A DNA stretch of 64,000 nucleotides. It comes from Isurus oxyrinchus. Lineage: Eukaryota. The stretch covers positions 1,922,001 to 1,986,000 of the forward strand of contig JANJGN010000021.1 in NCBI GenBank assembly GCA_026770705.1, in the 5' to 3' direction. The notes below the pieces were generated by a model. That model saw only the letters and a list, made by a program, of their open reading frames with translations. It made no database searches and had not been told where the DNA came from. Of this stretch, positions 24,240 to 36,859 are shown piece by piece; positions within the stretch are counted from its first letter, which is position 1; every line of letters starts with the position of its first letter. Both the position numbers and the translations under genes were made by a program.

Positions 24240-25454
24240 ATAGATACTAACCTATATTTATGGCTCCCAGTTTTGGACTCAGTTACAAATAGAAACATGG
24301 TTACAAATAGAGTGAAACTCCCTCTAGCCTTCCCAAACAATGTACATTGGCCCTAGGCTGAGGAAACTATATCCCACTGTATCAGAGTGACATATTTCCA
24401 TGCATGCACCAACCACCTGTGCCTTCTTTAAGTGGTACACGGTGCAGCATCAGGACGAAACCAAACCATTTCTGGTCAACACTGAAACTGTTGTGCAAAT
24501 GCACCTTCTATGTATAGCATTGGAAAAAGAGAATGGCATGAATACAGTACTACAGTGTTTAAATGACTCAAGCAAACGTAATTGCACTTTCAAACTTTAA
24601 AACTAAAGTCATTTTGTTTTTAATGTCATGGCGGTACTTTGAAAATTAATGAATATTTATAGCGTAATGTGAATGAAATAGGTTCAAAACTACTAAATTA
24701 ATATTTCTGTTGCTAAATGAATATGCATGAAGTTTTAAATTATTAAATAACTGCTCAATTAGGCAAGGTTTAAAGTTTCATTGCTGTTCGTCTTGTTCCG
24801 TTTACAATTCCCAGCTTGGTGAGTTGAATTATATTGTAACGCTCAAAGCGAAGCGGAGTGTCTGATTGTGAGGCTGAGCAATGTTTAGCTTCTGCATTGG
24901 ACAAATTGGCTGCTTGGTATTTTTTCCACAGACATTCCTTGCAGCATAAAAAAACAAGGTTTTAAAAGTATGACGCCGCATTGATACGATAAATCAAATA
25001 ATCTCCTTATTTGTTACCTTCCAGTTATTCCGAGTGAGTCAGGCAGTTCAACTGGGGGGAGATCACAGCAGGCGCCTGTCCCTTTTCCCCTGCATCATAA
25101 AATCTCCCTTTCAGTCACCATATACATATAACAGCCCATGAGATTCATCCTTAACTACTCTTTCACCAGCATTATTTGCATTTCCTCCAAACTGGCTGGA
25201 AAGTAATTTCTAACTGGGGGATGAAATTTGAAGAATTGACAGCCCATTTTACTCACCACCGGATTTCCTTTTCCAGATTTCCACTTCTTGTCCTGTTCCT
25301 GGGCATTCCTTGCGAGATTCTGCTGGCTATTCTTGAGATAGAGAATGGGGAGGAAATTGGCCCAAAAGATAGAGGAAAGGGTACAAATGTGCAAGAGCAA
25401 GAGGCACTGCATTGGGTCTTGGCAATGCCCCTCGAGCAGCAACATTCTTGCAGT

Positions 25455-26325
25455 AACAAGAACAGAAAATGCTGGAAATACGCAGCAGGTCTGGAAGCAC
25501 CTGCGGAGAGGGAAGCAGAGTTTATGGGCAGAATTTTCACCCCGTTGTGGGGGGGGGAGTTGATAGGCGGGCGCATGCGGGCACACTTCCAATCGGCGCC
25601 CCCAATAGGAAATGCGGTGCCATTTTATGTGGGTGAGCCAATTAAGGTATGCGCTCCCTGTGCAGGCGGGGGGAAATGCCAAAAATTGAGAGTGCCCTCT
25701 TTCGCACATGTGCAAGAAAAATCGCACTCATCTCCCTGAGGCTAAGTGCAGCCTCAGGGAGATCGGCTCTAAATATAAAAAAGATAAAAGTAGAAAAATA
25801 AAATTTCCCTTACATGTCCCCTCAGGTGACAATGTCACATGAGTTGGGACATGTCCATAATTTTTGCACAATCTTTATTAAAAAATTTTAAAGCCTACAC
25901 GAAACTTCATCCCGCCCGTGGATGAGGTTTCATGTTATTCCTAGTTGCTGCTGGGGCTCCTGGCCTGTCTGCTAACCTTAAGGTTGGACGGGCAGGTCCT
26001 TTAATTGCTCAGTTGATCCAGTCAATGGCCATTGACAGGTCGGCGGGCCCGCAGATGATTTTGCTGCGTCCCCACCTTTCTGAAAATTTAAATGGGGCAC
26101 GGTGACCTCGGGAGTTCCCTCCCCGATGTCACCATGCGTTATTTTACGTGTCGTCAAGCGGGCCCTGCCCTATGTTTCGGATCGGTGAACTTTCACTAGG
26201 ACTACGGAAAAGTTTGACGTGTAATAAGGCTTTGAGCAATTGAAAGGGGAAAGGATGGGAGGAAGAACAAAGGGAAGCTTCTGTGATATAGAGGAGGGCA
26301 GGGTAGTTTAAATGACGGAAGGTTT
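25455..26325 (-). mobile_element. Older Penelope tail fragment split by a Harbinger MITE
   Basis: aacagaaaatgctggaaatacgcagcaggtctggaagcacc..gcagagtt continues after the MITE as tatgtttcggatcggtgaactttcactaggact. Confidence 0.6.
25526..26170 (+). mobile_element. Harbinger-type MITE
   Basis: gggcagaatttt..ctgccc ends; 3-bp TSD TAT (25523-25525 / 26171-26173); homologous to 1918-2630. Confidence 0.85.
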
Positions 26326-26364
26326 CTGCGGCACTGCCTGCCCTCTGGGAATTGTAACACATTC

Positions 26365-27581
26365 GGCTGGATTTTCATCCTAGGGGTGGGTAATAGGAGT
26401 GGGGACATGTCGCAGCTTGATGCGTCCACCTCGAGAGACAGTGCCTGCAAAGGAGGGATATTCCTTCTGGGCTTTCAGGCCCACCTCCCCCAGAAAATGT
26501 TTAGGGGCAGCCCAGAGGCTGCCAGGTGTGAGACAGGCAGGTTTAAAGGCCTGCCTCAGTGCTCCAGCGCTTTGCCCAGTTGTCATAATAACTGTAAAAC
26601 AAAAAAAAACAGCGCTCTAGCTCTCACCCATCACACCCTCTCACCCTGTACACACTCCCCATGGCCCCTCATACCCTCCATGCCAAGCTCTGCCTTTCCA
26701 TCTAACCCCATAGCCCCCATATCCTCCATGCTATGCTATGTCCCTCCACCCACCCCTACGGCCCCTGATATTTTCCATGCCAACCCATTCCCCCTCCCAC
26801 CCACTCTCCATGGCCCCTCATACCCTCCATACCAAGCTACAGCACTTCTAGGCCCATTCACCCAGTATACACTCTGTATAGAACCAATGAACCCTATAGT
26901 AACAATAGCATGTGTGGAAAAGCTTTTAAAAAAACAGTCATTCATTCATAAATTTCTATTTTCTTTTTTAAAAGTGCTTTTACTACAACCTTATAAAAGT
27001 GTCAATCATACAGACCTTTACAGTATCAATAATAGAAACTATCAATACTTGACACCTCTTTATCTTATGTAAATAAACATTGTGAAATTAACAGAACCGG
27101 TCACAGAGAAAGAGTTGCCATTCCAGTAACGTTTTACCTTTAGCACTGCTGTTTCAACAGACTAATGGATGTCTGGGCTCTTGGCCAAGTCTCATTGTAC
27201 ATTCTTGTCCATGAGGAGCCATAGGAGGAGTCAGTGTATGGGCATAAGTTGCTTGGAGTGTATGAGGGGGTGGGTAGAGGGGCATAGGTTGGCAAGGGGA
27301 CATGAGTATGATCTTTTTAAATTACCTTTGAAATTACCCGGAGGGGCCATGAACCATGACTCATTGAAAAACTGGCCCGAGTCCATGAAAATTGTGGGCA
27401 ACTAGGATACGCCTATCCTGGTAATGCAGCCAGCCAGGTCAGGGTGCAGCCTAGTGACCCACAGCAACCTGCACCCTTAGCCCACACTGCTGTAAATTGG
27501 AGAGTACTGGGAATCCTGGGATGGTCCTGACTGCTATTTTAAAGGTCTGCCAGATCTCCCTGATTCCACGAAAATCCAGCC
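26365..27581. mobile_element. Harbinger-like non-autonomous element
   Basis: TIRs ggctggattttc / gaaaatccagcc; no coding capacity; TSD imperfect. Confidence 0.55.
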
Positions 27582-28315
27582 CTCTGTACTAATTTTCCAA
27601 CATGTTTACCAAAGCTGTTCTTCAAACCAATCTTTTTGTGTCACATAGGAACTGCAAGTAAAGCTTCACTTGTTAGCCTCCATCCCAGAACCTGTCATCT
27701 ACCCTGAAAATCTGCAGTCTCTGTGAGGCAGGCACGGTTACAATGAAGCGTACATGTGCTCTAATTGTCACCAATCCATTTTATTGTGCACAGTTTGAGT
27801 TATTATCAGTGGGGCCAATGTCATGCTGTTTGTGCTGCTGGTGTGTTACAGTTTACTCAGGGAGTCCAAGTTGCTGTGGCAACATGTACTTTTACATTCA
27901 CATCGTAGTCTGGAGCTATGGATAGTGATGGTAGAGACTCCAGGTTTCTTCTCATCATATGGCATTCGCCATTGGCATGTGTTGGAAGGATTTGCAGATG
28001 GACACTCAACCTATGCGGCTATCTCACGAGTGCATCTTCCTTGGTCATCAGGTCCTGGGGTGAGGCTCAAACCCAGAGCTTCTGAATCAAAGGCAGCGAT
28101 GCTGTCCACTGCACCACAAGACGCCCCCCGTGCTATATGCAGGATCCTACAAGCCTCTGCTCTTCATCTCTTGCAGGCTGACCTTCAAACAGTGAAATGA
28201 AGGGATAACACATCACTGAATTCACCATCAAGGGTTTGGATGAATGGCTTTTGAAGATGGCTCCAGTCACACAAGCTAAACTGACATGATTGATCACAGT
28301 AAAATTGCTTTGGAA

Positions 28316-28503
28316 AAACGAAATATTGCGGATGATGGAAACCTGAAATAGAAACAGAAATTGCTGGAAATATTCAGCAGATTTGGCAGCAGCTGTGGCG
28401 AGAGGAATAGGCAGACGAAACATCATCAACATGAAACATTAACACTGTTGCTCTCTCCGCTGGCAGACCTACAAGTATTTCCAGCATTTTATGTTTTTTA
28501 TTT
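28316..28503. mobile_element. Old Penelope-tail palindrome
   Basis: aaacagaaattgctggaaata.. and inverted tatttccagcatttt; flanks aaaattgctttggaaa / aaaactgtttggaaa resemble a decayed TSD. Confidence 0.55.
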
Positions 28504-28667
28504 AAAACTGTTTGGAAATTAGCTGAAAGTCAGCTTCATGAAAAAGAAATAGTCCAGTGCAGTTAACTTCTGTGTCATCCTGTCACCATCCTACATGGAC
28601 TAAACACATTTAAACCAGAAGCCATTGGTGGACTGACCACGTCACCATCCAACAACAGTTAGCTTAT

Positions 28668-28829
28668 AAAAACAAAAAACTGCGGATGCTGGAAATCCAA
28701 AACAAAAACAGAATTACCTGGAAAAACTCAGCAGGTCTGGCAGCATCAGCGGAGAAGAAAAGAGTTGACGTTTCGAGTCCTCATGACCCTTCGACAGAAC
28801 TAGGTGAATCCAAGGAAGGGGTGAAATAT
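28668..28829 (-). mobile_element. Young Penelope tail fragment with hammerhead-like motif (28763-28801)
   Basis: Near-identical to the arms of 14566-16056; 14-bp TSD aacagttagcttat / aacggttagcttat (28654-28667 / 28830-28843). Confidence 0.85.
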
Positions 28830-29818
28830 AACGGTTAGCTTATTGCTGGCCCATTTCATTATATCTACATTCCATTTTCCAACTAAATGTGCAGCAAAAG
28901 CTCCCCTCCAACATAGGTTGAGTGCTTATTTAGTTTGAGAAACCATTCTCCAGTATTTACAATGGACGCTGATCAATCTGCCCAGGCCAATTCAATCGGT
29001 TAGTTATTAGGAAATAAAGTCATGAATAACTTTAAAAATGATTCAAACTACCATAATTTCCCAATGGTGATTACTAATTTTGAAATTATAACATATACAA
29101 TATTCATGAAGCCTGTTGGTAAATTTACATCATTATTATTTAGTCACAACCAAAAATACTCACCCAGAAAATCTTCCCTTACATTTTGACCGGCTGCAAT
29201 ACTATAGCTGTAGTTTCTTTATCCTAACATAGGAAAATGAATAATGCAGGTAGGTGCAGGTATTAGAGGAAAACAAAATAATTCCCATAATGGCAACTTT
29301 GCATTTATAGAGCTTAGAGCTTCTTGTCTGCAAATGATGTTATTCATCAATGCACAATACTGCCCATTGTTTGGCAGATATACTTTAATAAAATCCTATT
29401 GTTCTCCAGGGTGGTAGAAGCTGAGGAAAGATCAGTGTCATACATTACGTTTTCCGTTTCTAAAAAAGCCTACTTAGTATTTTTGTAAGTATCGTAAAAT
29501 GCACAAAGGCAACAAATCTGCATATTTTACATCCGTTCAGCATGCCTGTCATTGAGCCTTGGGCTGGGACTTTCCATGCATGTTCAGTGGCGTGAGGGGA
29601 CAATATGGCGCAATCAGCTTACGACAGTGTGAAACCAGTTTGTGATCGTCCACTCAGCCCGCCAATGGCAGGCCCCATTTCCCGCCATCGGAAGTCAGGA
29701 ATTTCATTGTAATACATCTGCATATCATTATTAGGCCAGCCCACCAGAATCGTCCGCCCACCCCGCTAGACCATCCGCCCACGTCGGCGGGAAAGCACGC
29801 CGACGTGTTTCACAACAG

Positions 29819-29876
29819 CCTATAAAAGGTGTGCACTTGGCGGACCACACTTTGAGGAGAACTTGGAGGTGAGTGC
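29819..29876 (+). promoter_or_regulatory. Putative TATA box and first non-coding exon/donor of the Harbinger transposase gene
   Basis: cctataaaag at 29819-29828, donor gag|gtgagt near 29870, polypyrimidine acceptor tctctctctttcatcctgcag ending 30641 just upstream of the transposase. Confidence 0.5.
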
Positions 29877-30659
29877 ACAGTAACAATGCGCAGTGCCCAC
29901 CAGGGTTGCCTGTTGGACTTCAAGCTTGAGGTGCATTGGTGGAGGGTGGCAAGGGCAGCACTGCGGTTGAGGTGTGTTTGGGGGGGGTGGCAGCCCTGCG
30001 GTTCAATGTCGTGCACAAGCATTCGGGGTGGGGAGTAGGGTGGGTGAGGGACACCTTATATAAAGTGACCATTCCTTTGCAACTGAGACAGTTCTGGCGC
30101 AGCAACTGATATGATTGGGGTTTGGCCTCTAGCTTATCTGCCCACTCAAGCAATGTAGACACATCGAAGTGCCAACCCAACCCTCGGGCACAAACTGCAA
30201 ACTAATGAGTGGTTTAGTGGACTACAGAACAGTTGGACACCTGTGCACGTTGTACAACCCCCTTGCTAAAGTTGACCATGGAGCAGTCACTGGTGGAGGC
30301 GCTTACATTCCCTTGCAATATCAGCATCCCAATTTGGACCAGTCTCCCCGATGGTTCCAGCTAACAGAGCAGCCTTGCAGTGCGGGTTAGGAGAATACCT
30401 GTGCCTGAGCTGAGAGCACAGCATGCAGTCCGATGGGCAAAGCTGCTGCCAATCAGTCGGGTGGAGTGGGGCAGATTGGGTGGGGTTTTGGAAAGCCATG
30501 CAGCGCACTAATCTCTGGCCATCCAACTCTCCGTGGTAGCCAGCGCTCTCCGGGATGCATTAAGGGGTCTTCATACTTAACCAGGACAGGTTCCTGGTAC
30601 ACCCATTGCTAACCCATGCGTCTCTCTCTTTCATCCTGCAGGAAAAGTCCATCAGGATC

Positions 30660-31866
30660 ACGGAGCTTGGTGAACTAGCTGTATGCCTCATGGCGTACAG
30701 AGAGCAAAGATGACGGAGGAGCGAGCAAGTGAGGTGCCTGGCTATGCAGGGGGAGAAGCAGCACCCTCAGGAAGTCGAGGCAGTTGGGGCTCCTGCACAC
30801 GCCACCCAAGAGCCACAGTGAGCCGTTGGTGGTCGGTGCTTAGCGACACCCAGGGTCTATAGACACCGCCTTTCATTCCTGCAGAGGACCAAGAACCAGT
30901 GCTGCTGAAGACTGCGCATGTCCAGGAAATTGGTCAGCCACATCTGCCAACCACTGCAGGATTTGGCGCCATGTGGACATGGAGGGCATCCACTGCCAGT
31001 GGCCATGAAAGTGACAGTGGTGCTCAATTTCTACGTCAGCGGCTCCTTTCAGGGCTCCACAGGTGACCTCTGTGGGATCTCACAAGACTGCACCCACAAA
31101 TGCATGCATGAGGTCACGGATGCCATCTTCACGAGGACACACAACTTTGTCCATTTTGCCCGGGACCAGGACAGCCAGGATGCAAGAGCGATTGGATTTT
31201 TCCTGATCTCGGGTTTCCCACAGGTGCAGGGTGCCGTCAACTGCACTCATGTGGCGCCCAGGTCTTTGTCTCAACATATAGTCAACTACATCAACTGCAA
31301 GGGCTTCCATGCAGCTGGTGTGTGACCGCCACAAACACATCCTGCAGGTTTGCGCATGGTTTCCAGGGATTGTGCACTACTCCTACATTCTCAGTCAGTC
31401 ACAGATCCCTGACATCCTCCAGGGCCCACAGAAGATGCAGGGATGGCTGCAGAGGACGTGGCTGATGACACCTGTGCAGCAGCTTCAGACTGCAGCAGAG
31501 TGAAGGTATAATGAGGCTCATGCTGCAACTCGCAACTTGGTGGAGCAGACGAGCAGGATGCTGAAAATGTGGTTCCGCTGCCTGGACCGGCCTGGACCAG
31601 TCTGGTGGGGCCCTGCAATACAGTCCGCAGAGGGTGTCACGCATTGTCGTCACCTGCTACACCCTTTACAACCGGGGAGAGGAGCTGGCTGAGGAGGAGC
31701 TGGAGGTCTCCTCCTATGAGGGAGACACCACCGGGGATGAGAGTAATGAGGTCCTCAAAGGCAGTGATGATAGAGATGAGGCCCTCATGCTGGCCAAATG
31801 AGGTAGGCGTGCTCGGGAGGCCCTTACAGCTGCTAGATTTATGGAGCATGATGACGGCATGCAGTG
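30660..31866 (+). pseudogene. HARBI1-like DDE transposase of the Harbinger element, inactivated
   Basis: RLRMSR..PVAMKVTVVLNFYVSGSFQ..GDLCGISQ..GFPQVQGAVNCTHV..KGFH..QLVCD..FPGIVHYSYIL..WLMTP..RYNEAHAATRNLVEQ..LKMWFRCLD; stops, frameshifts, catalytic D changed to N and Y, GDSGY motif deleted. Confidence 0.9.
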
Positions 31867-32577
31867 AGGAGACCCCATAGACCCTCACATCGTATCTGTG
31901 AATGTTTGACTCCAGTCTGGCTTATGGCAGCACACATACCTTCTGTGATCATGCTCCTGTCATGGAGACACAGTGGAGGCCCAAATAGCTGCTCAATCAC
32001 AGGGGAATGATATGACATGCAATGAGAACACTCCATAGATCTTCACATAGCTTCTGAGAATGTCTGACTCCCTGTCTGGCCGAGAGCAGCTCGCTTGTGC
32101 TTTATGATCAGGGTCACATCATAGAGACGCAGCCATGAAACTTTAAAAGCATCTGATACTTTAGCACCTGACCCCTTCAGGAGCACAGCATCGCTGGTCA
32201 CAGATGCTGAAGAGGTGGGGGCCAGCCCCACCTTAAAGGTGCTGAGAGCACATAGAGAGAATGATGAAACTCTGTGATGCTTGCCCACGACATTCTGGCA
32301 GCAGTGACCAGCACTGCTGAGGTGCAGGAATCAGTAAAATGTCCAGGGAGTGTGAGGACAGATCATCACTTTGGTCTGAAGGCTGCAAAAGACACAGGGA
32401 AGAGGCCCTGGAATGAGACACCTGCTTTTATCTTGTACAGAAAGGTTTCACATCTGAGTGACACAAACACTGCTCATTAGAACAAGGAGCTGTAGACAGG
32501 GAGACATTCTTGGGAGTTTATTGACAATAGTGAACAGTATGTACAAGTGATTAACGCCCGTGCCCAGGCTGTGCAAC

Positions 32578-35334
32578 TACATCTTCTTAACCATCCTAAC
32601 CCTGCCGCTATGTCTTGGTGTTCCCCAGCCATCCACAGTAGTGGTGGAGGCAGCCTGCTGACTGTTATGCCCTGTCTGTGATGACGTTGGTGGGTGTCCT
32701 CTTGAGGGCTGAGACCTGGAGGGCCCCAACCTGTTTTTGGAGTCCTGCTGTGTGGCAGTGGCACACCTCCTCGGCCTGTGGAGCTGCAGCTGCTGAGGTC
32801 ACAGGGAGAGGGGATTCGGATTAGCCGGACACTCCCGGAGTCTCCTGCTGATCCTCCTCCCTATGGGTGCCCAAAGGCCCCAGGCTGACTCCTTGAGGAC
32901 AGGGAGTAGCTGGAGTGAGATCGAGCTGCCCTGCACCCCTCTCACGTACACAACTATGGCATCAGCGATAGGAGTTCGGTCTGCACAGTAGTGCAGGAGC
33001 GATGTCCTGGACCAAGGCCTCCATGGCGGTCGCCATCCTACCAGTGTTGACTTCGGTGCATTAGCATACCGGCGTTATAACCTCATCCTGATGGCAGATG
33101 GACTCCTCCATCATGCTTTGCAATCTGAGGAGTGCAGCAGACATCCCTTCCTGATGTTCCCTAGTTTGCCTTTGCAGTTCCAGCAACTGTGACATGACCG
33201 AGTCCAGAGGCTCATCATCTGACTCGGACTTGGCAAATTTCTGGCCTGCAGCAGCCATCTAAGTGCCAGAAACCTGGAAAGTCCCTGTCGCTGCCTGCTT
33301 TGGATCAGACAGCGCAAGTGCTCACCAAGGGTATTCTAAAGCTAGGTCCCACCGAGGTGTGTGTCTCTGTGCTGGTGGAAGGTGTGGGTGAGCGCTGGGA
33401 CAGGACTTCAAGGACTCCATATTCCTCTTCAGAGGTTTCTTCGGGGCTTGATTGGAGACCCTGGGTCACGGACTCAATCGTCTGTTTCCTAGATGTGCCT
33501 GTGCGAGCAAGAGGAGATAATGAGTGCAGGGCAGTGGCCTGTGAAACAGGACACATCACTCACAGCACGGTTGTCTGATGTTTCACTGCTGCACCTCGTC
33601 GTCAGCACAGGACCGGTCCAGATAATCACCGGCCAGCTGGATGGCTCTGTTTTCAAAGTCAGAAGGCATTTGATAAGTGCCACATCAAAGATTATTATGG
33701 AAAATAAAAGCGCTTGTGGGAAATATATTAGCATGGATAGAAGATTGGCTGGCTGGTAGAAAGCAGACAGTATGCATAAATGATTTTCTGATTGGCAAGA
33801 TGTGAAAGTGGAGTCTCTCATGGGTCTGTACTGGGGCCTCAATTTTTCATGATTTTCATCAATGACTTGGATGAGAGGAGTGAAGACATGGCAGCTAAAT
33901 TTGCAGATGACACTAAGATAGGTAGGAAAGTATGATGTGAAGAGGGCATGAGGAGGTTGCAGATGGCTATAGATAGGTTGAGTGAGTGGGCAAAGATCTT
34001 GTAAATGGAGTTTAATGTGGGAAAATGTGACTTTGGCAGGAAGAACAAAAAAGCAGAGTATTACTTAAACAGAGAATGGCTGCATAATTCTGAAGTGCAA
34101 AGGGATCTAGATGTTCTAATATATGAGTCACAAAAAGTTAGTATGCAGGTACAGCAAGTAATTAAGAAGGCTGATGGAATGCTATCCTTCATTACAAGAG
34201 GGATTGAACATAAAAGTAATGATGTCATGCTTCAGCTATACAGGGCATTGGTAAGACGGCACCTTGAATACCATCTGCAGTTTTGGTCTCCTTATTTAAG
34301 AAAGGATGTAAATGCGTTGGAGACGGTTCGAAGGAGGTTTACTAGATTGATACCTGGAATGAGTAGTTGTCTTATGAGGAAAGGTTAGACAGACTGGGCT
34401 TGTTTCTACTGGAGTTTAGAAGAGTGAGGGGTTTGATTGAAGTATACAAGATCCTGAACAGCCTTGACATGGTGAATGTTGAAAGGATGTTTCCTCTTGT
34501 GGGTGAGTCCAGAACTAAGGGGCATTGTTTTAAAATTAGGGGTCGCCCTTTTAGGTCAGAGATGAGGAGAAATGTTTTCTCTCAGGAGGTTGTGCGACTT
34601 TGGAATTCTCTTAGTGGAGGTGTGTCATTGAATATTTTTAAGGCAGAGGTAGACAGATTCTTGTTAGGCATGGGAATGATAGGTTATTGGTGTTAGGTGG
34701 GAATGTGGAAATCGACTGTGGAAGATCAGCCATGATCTTATTGAATGGCGGAGCAGGTTCGAGGGGCCAAATGGTCTACTCCTGTTCCTATTCTTATGTT
34801 CTTGTTTGTGAGGACCTTGATTTCAGGCATTCCTCCATCAGTCTGCAACCACTCCCACTTATTGTGTGCCAGCTTGTCCTGCATCAATAGAGATGGAGAG
34901 AGTACAAGCAGGACACCTACCAGGCCAGATGATAAGTATGCCTGGCATGTGTGGGTGGTGTGTGGTCCCATGGACGAGATGAGAACAATGAAGGTGTGTG
35001 TGAGTGAATGGTGATGTCCCTTGAACGGGCAGTGAATGAGGGCCCTGTGGATGTGTGATGGGTTTGTGAGTGTATGAGTTGAGAGTGATGAGAAGAGTGA
35101 CTTACCCTGGCGGAACGGAGGAGATCATTCATCCGCTTGCAGCACTGGGTGGCTGTCCTTTTTTGAAGGGCATTGCCACTGACCACCGCCTCCCAAGCCT
35201 GGTTGGTCATGCTGCTGCCACAGCCAGAGCGGGGGGTAGAGGACATCACAGCGGTTCTGCACGGCATCCAAAAGGCATTACAGTGACGCATCGCTGAACC
35301 TGGGGTCTGCAGTCTTTTTGCCTTTCATGGACAT
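32578..35334 (-). pseudogene. Harbinger Myb/SANT-like DNA-binding protein gene (spliced), disrupted
   Basis: Exon 1 35334-35106 MSMKGKKTADPRFSDASL*CLLDAV..AWEAV..RTATQCCKRMNDLLRSAR|gtaagt; exon 2 from 34878 DKLAHNKWE..IKVLTN|CR1|FENRAIQLAG; later coiled-coil exon (MSQLLELQRQ..); TATTTAAA 35373-35380; AATAAA 32517-32522. Confidence 0.8.
33660..34803 (+). mobile_element. 5'-truncated CR1 LINE inserted in Myb exon 2
   Basis: QKAFDKVPH, FINDLD..KFADDTKIG, MEFNVGKC, LYRALVRRHLEY..FWSPYLRKD, SYEERLDRLGLF; tail cctgttcctattcttatgttct. Confidence 0.92.
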
Positions 35335-35659
35335 CTTTCTTGCAGCACCGAGATGCGTGTGCGCGGCTGGACTTTAAATATGGCATCCGGCGTGCTGAAG
35401 CAGCGAGATGATGGCGTGGAGGGTGAATGAGAGCCCCACCACCATGGAAATGGCATGTTTCCTGGGAATGTATATATTTTAAATAAACAATACAGCGTGA
35501 AAACCCCACCATAGCGGCCGATGGGAAAATCACCCTTTAACCCACCTGCTACCCCACTTATCTGGGACGATTCTGCCCTTGGAGTGGTGCCCTAAAATCA
35601 TTTGCAGATTACAAACCAAGATAATGGGAAATATTTTGCTTTCAAGATAATGATGCTCG

Positions 35660-35865
35660 GGGACCAGTTAGCTCAGCTGGCTGAATGGCTACAGTGTGTT
35701 TCCGAATAATACTAACAGCACGGGCTTGATTCCTGTTCTGGCTGAGGTAGACCTGAGAGGTAGCTCCTTGCCCTGCCCCCGAAAGCGGAAGGCCATGGTA
35801 AAACATCCTTGAAAGGACTGCCAAGAAACAGCTCAAGATGAATCATCAGCAGACAATGAGCCAAG
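35660..35865 (+). mobile_element. tRNA-derived SINE (different family)
   Basis: A-box-like ttagctcagctgg and B-box-like gggcttgattcc, followed by a non-tRNA body. Confidence 0.45.
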
Positions 35866-35867
35866 GA

Positions 35868-36859
35868 CCTGCCTTTGGACAAAGGCAAGAAGACTGCAGC
35901 ACCCCCCACCCCTGCCCCCCGCCCCCCCCACCCCCCCCCACCTCCCCACTCCACCAAGCTTAGTGATGCATCCCTCAAGTACCTTTTGGACACTGTGATG
36001 TCCCCTATATCCCCTCACTGGCCACAGGATAGACAGCAAAAGTACTGCTCTGGCTTGGTAGGCAATGACAGGGGTGGTCAGTGCCAATGCTGCACAGAAG
36101 AAGTTGGCCATCCAATGCAGGCAGAGGATGAATGATCTTATCCTGGGTAAGGCAACTATCTCATCACTCTAAACTCACACACTCAAGCACATCACACATT
36201 CACTGTCAGCTCAAGGGACATCACCACTCATTCCCTCACACACACCCTCACATATCCATCTGGCCTCACCTCGTCTGGAGACTGCCTCCTCAGCCCTCAC
36301 CATCTTGAGGTCACATGCACAGGTCAACTTGTGCCCCCTTATACACCCTGGGATACCCTCTTCCCCAGTACCCAGTACAGCCCTCACCCTGCAGCCTCTT
36401 CCTTCGCCCTGCAGCCAATGAAAAGCCACCCTCGCCTTACGGCTGGTCTGGTAGGTAGAGGCCTGCCCATGAGCCCCCCTAAAAGTGATGTGATGCTGTC
36501 TGTGAAGCCTGGCGCTGATGACTGCAAGTGCTGCCCGAAGCAAGATAGGCAAACAAACCTCAAAGTCCCGAGCGAAGCGTAGCTCGCCAGGTGCACGTCA
36601 CTTATTTACAGTTGTGAAACACGCCGACGTGCTCAGATGATCCAGTATAGGGAGGTGAGTCTGGTGAGCTGGCCTGATAATGATATGCAGATGTATTGCA
36701 ATGAAGTTCCCGACACACTGCGGTGGGAAATGCGGCCCGCCATTGATTGGCAGAGTGGACGATCGCAAACTGGTTTCACGACATCGTGGCCTTCTTGCCA
36801 TATTGTCCGCTCATGCTGCCAAACACACCTTACGCCAGTGGGCACAGATAATTCCGACC
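35868..36859 (-). mobile_element. Non-autonomous Harbinger deletion derivative retaining Myb exon 1
   Basis: Plus strand: KGKKTAAP..LSDASLKYLLD..RMNDL..ggtaag; right end is the reverse complement of the 29561-29870 terminus, ending aattccgacc. Confidence 0.75.

Larger units (their letters stand above)
29561..35578 (+). mobile_element. Full-length, decayed PIF/Harbinger DNA transposon (with nested CR1)
   Basis: TIR-like ends gggctgggac / gattctgccc; flanking CTT/TTG duplication; convergent HARBI1-like transposase and Myb/SANT genes. Confidence 0.85.

Noticed and set aside
30660-31866. Domesticated HARBI1 gene
   Set aside because: Catalytic motifs are mutated or deleted, stops and frameshifts are present, and it is still within TIRs beside the Myb gene.
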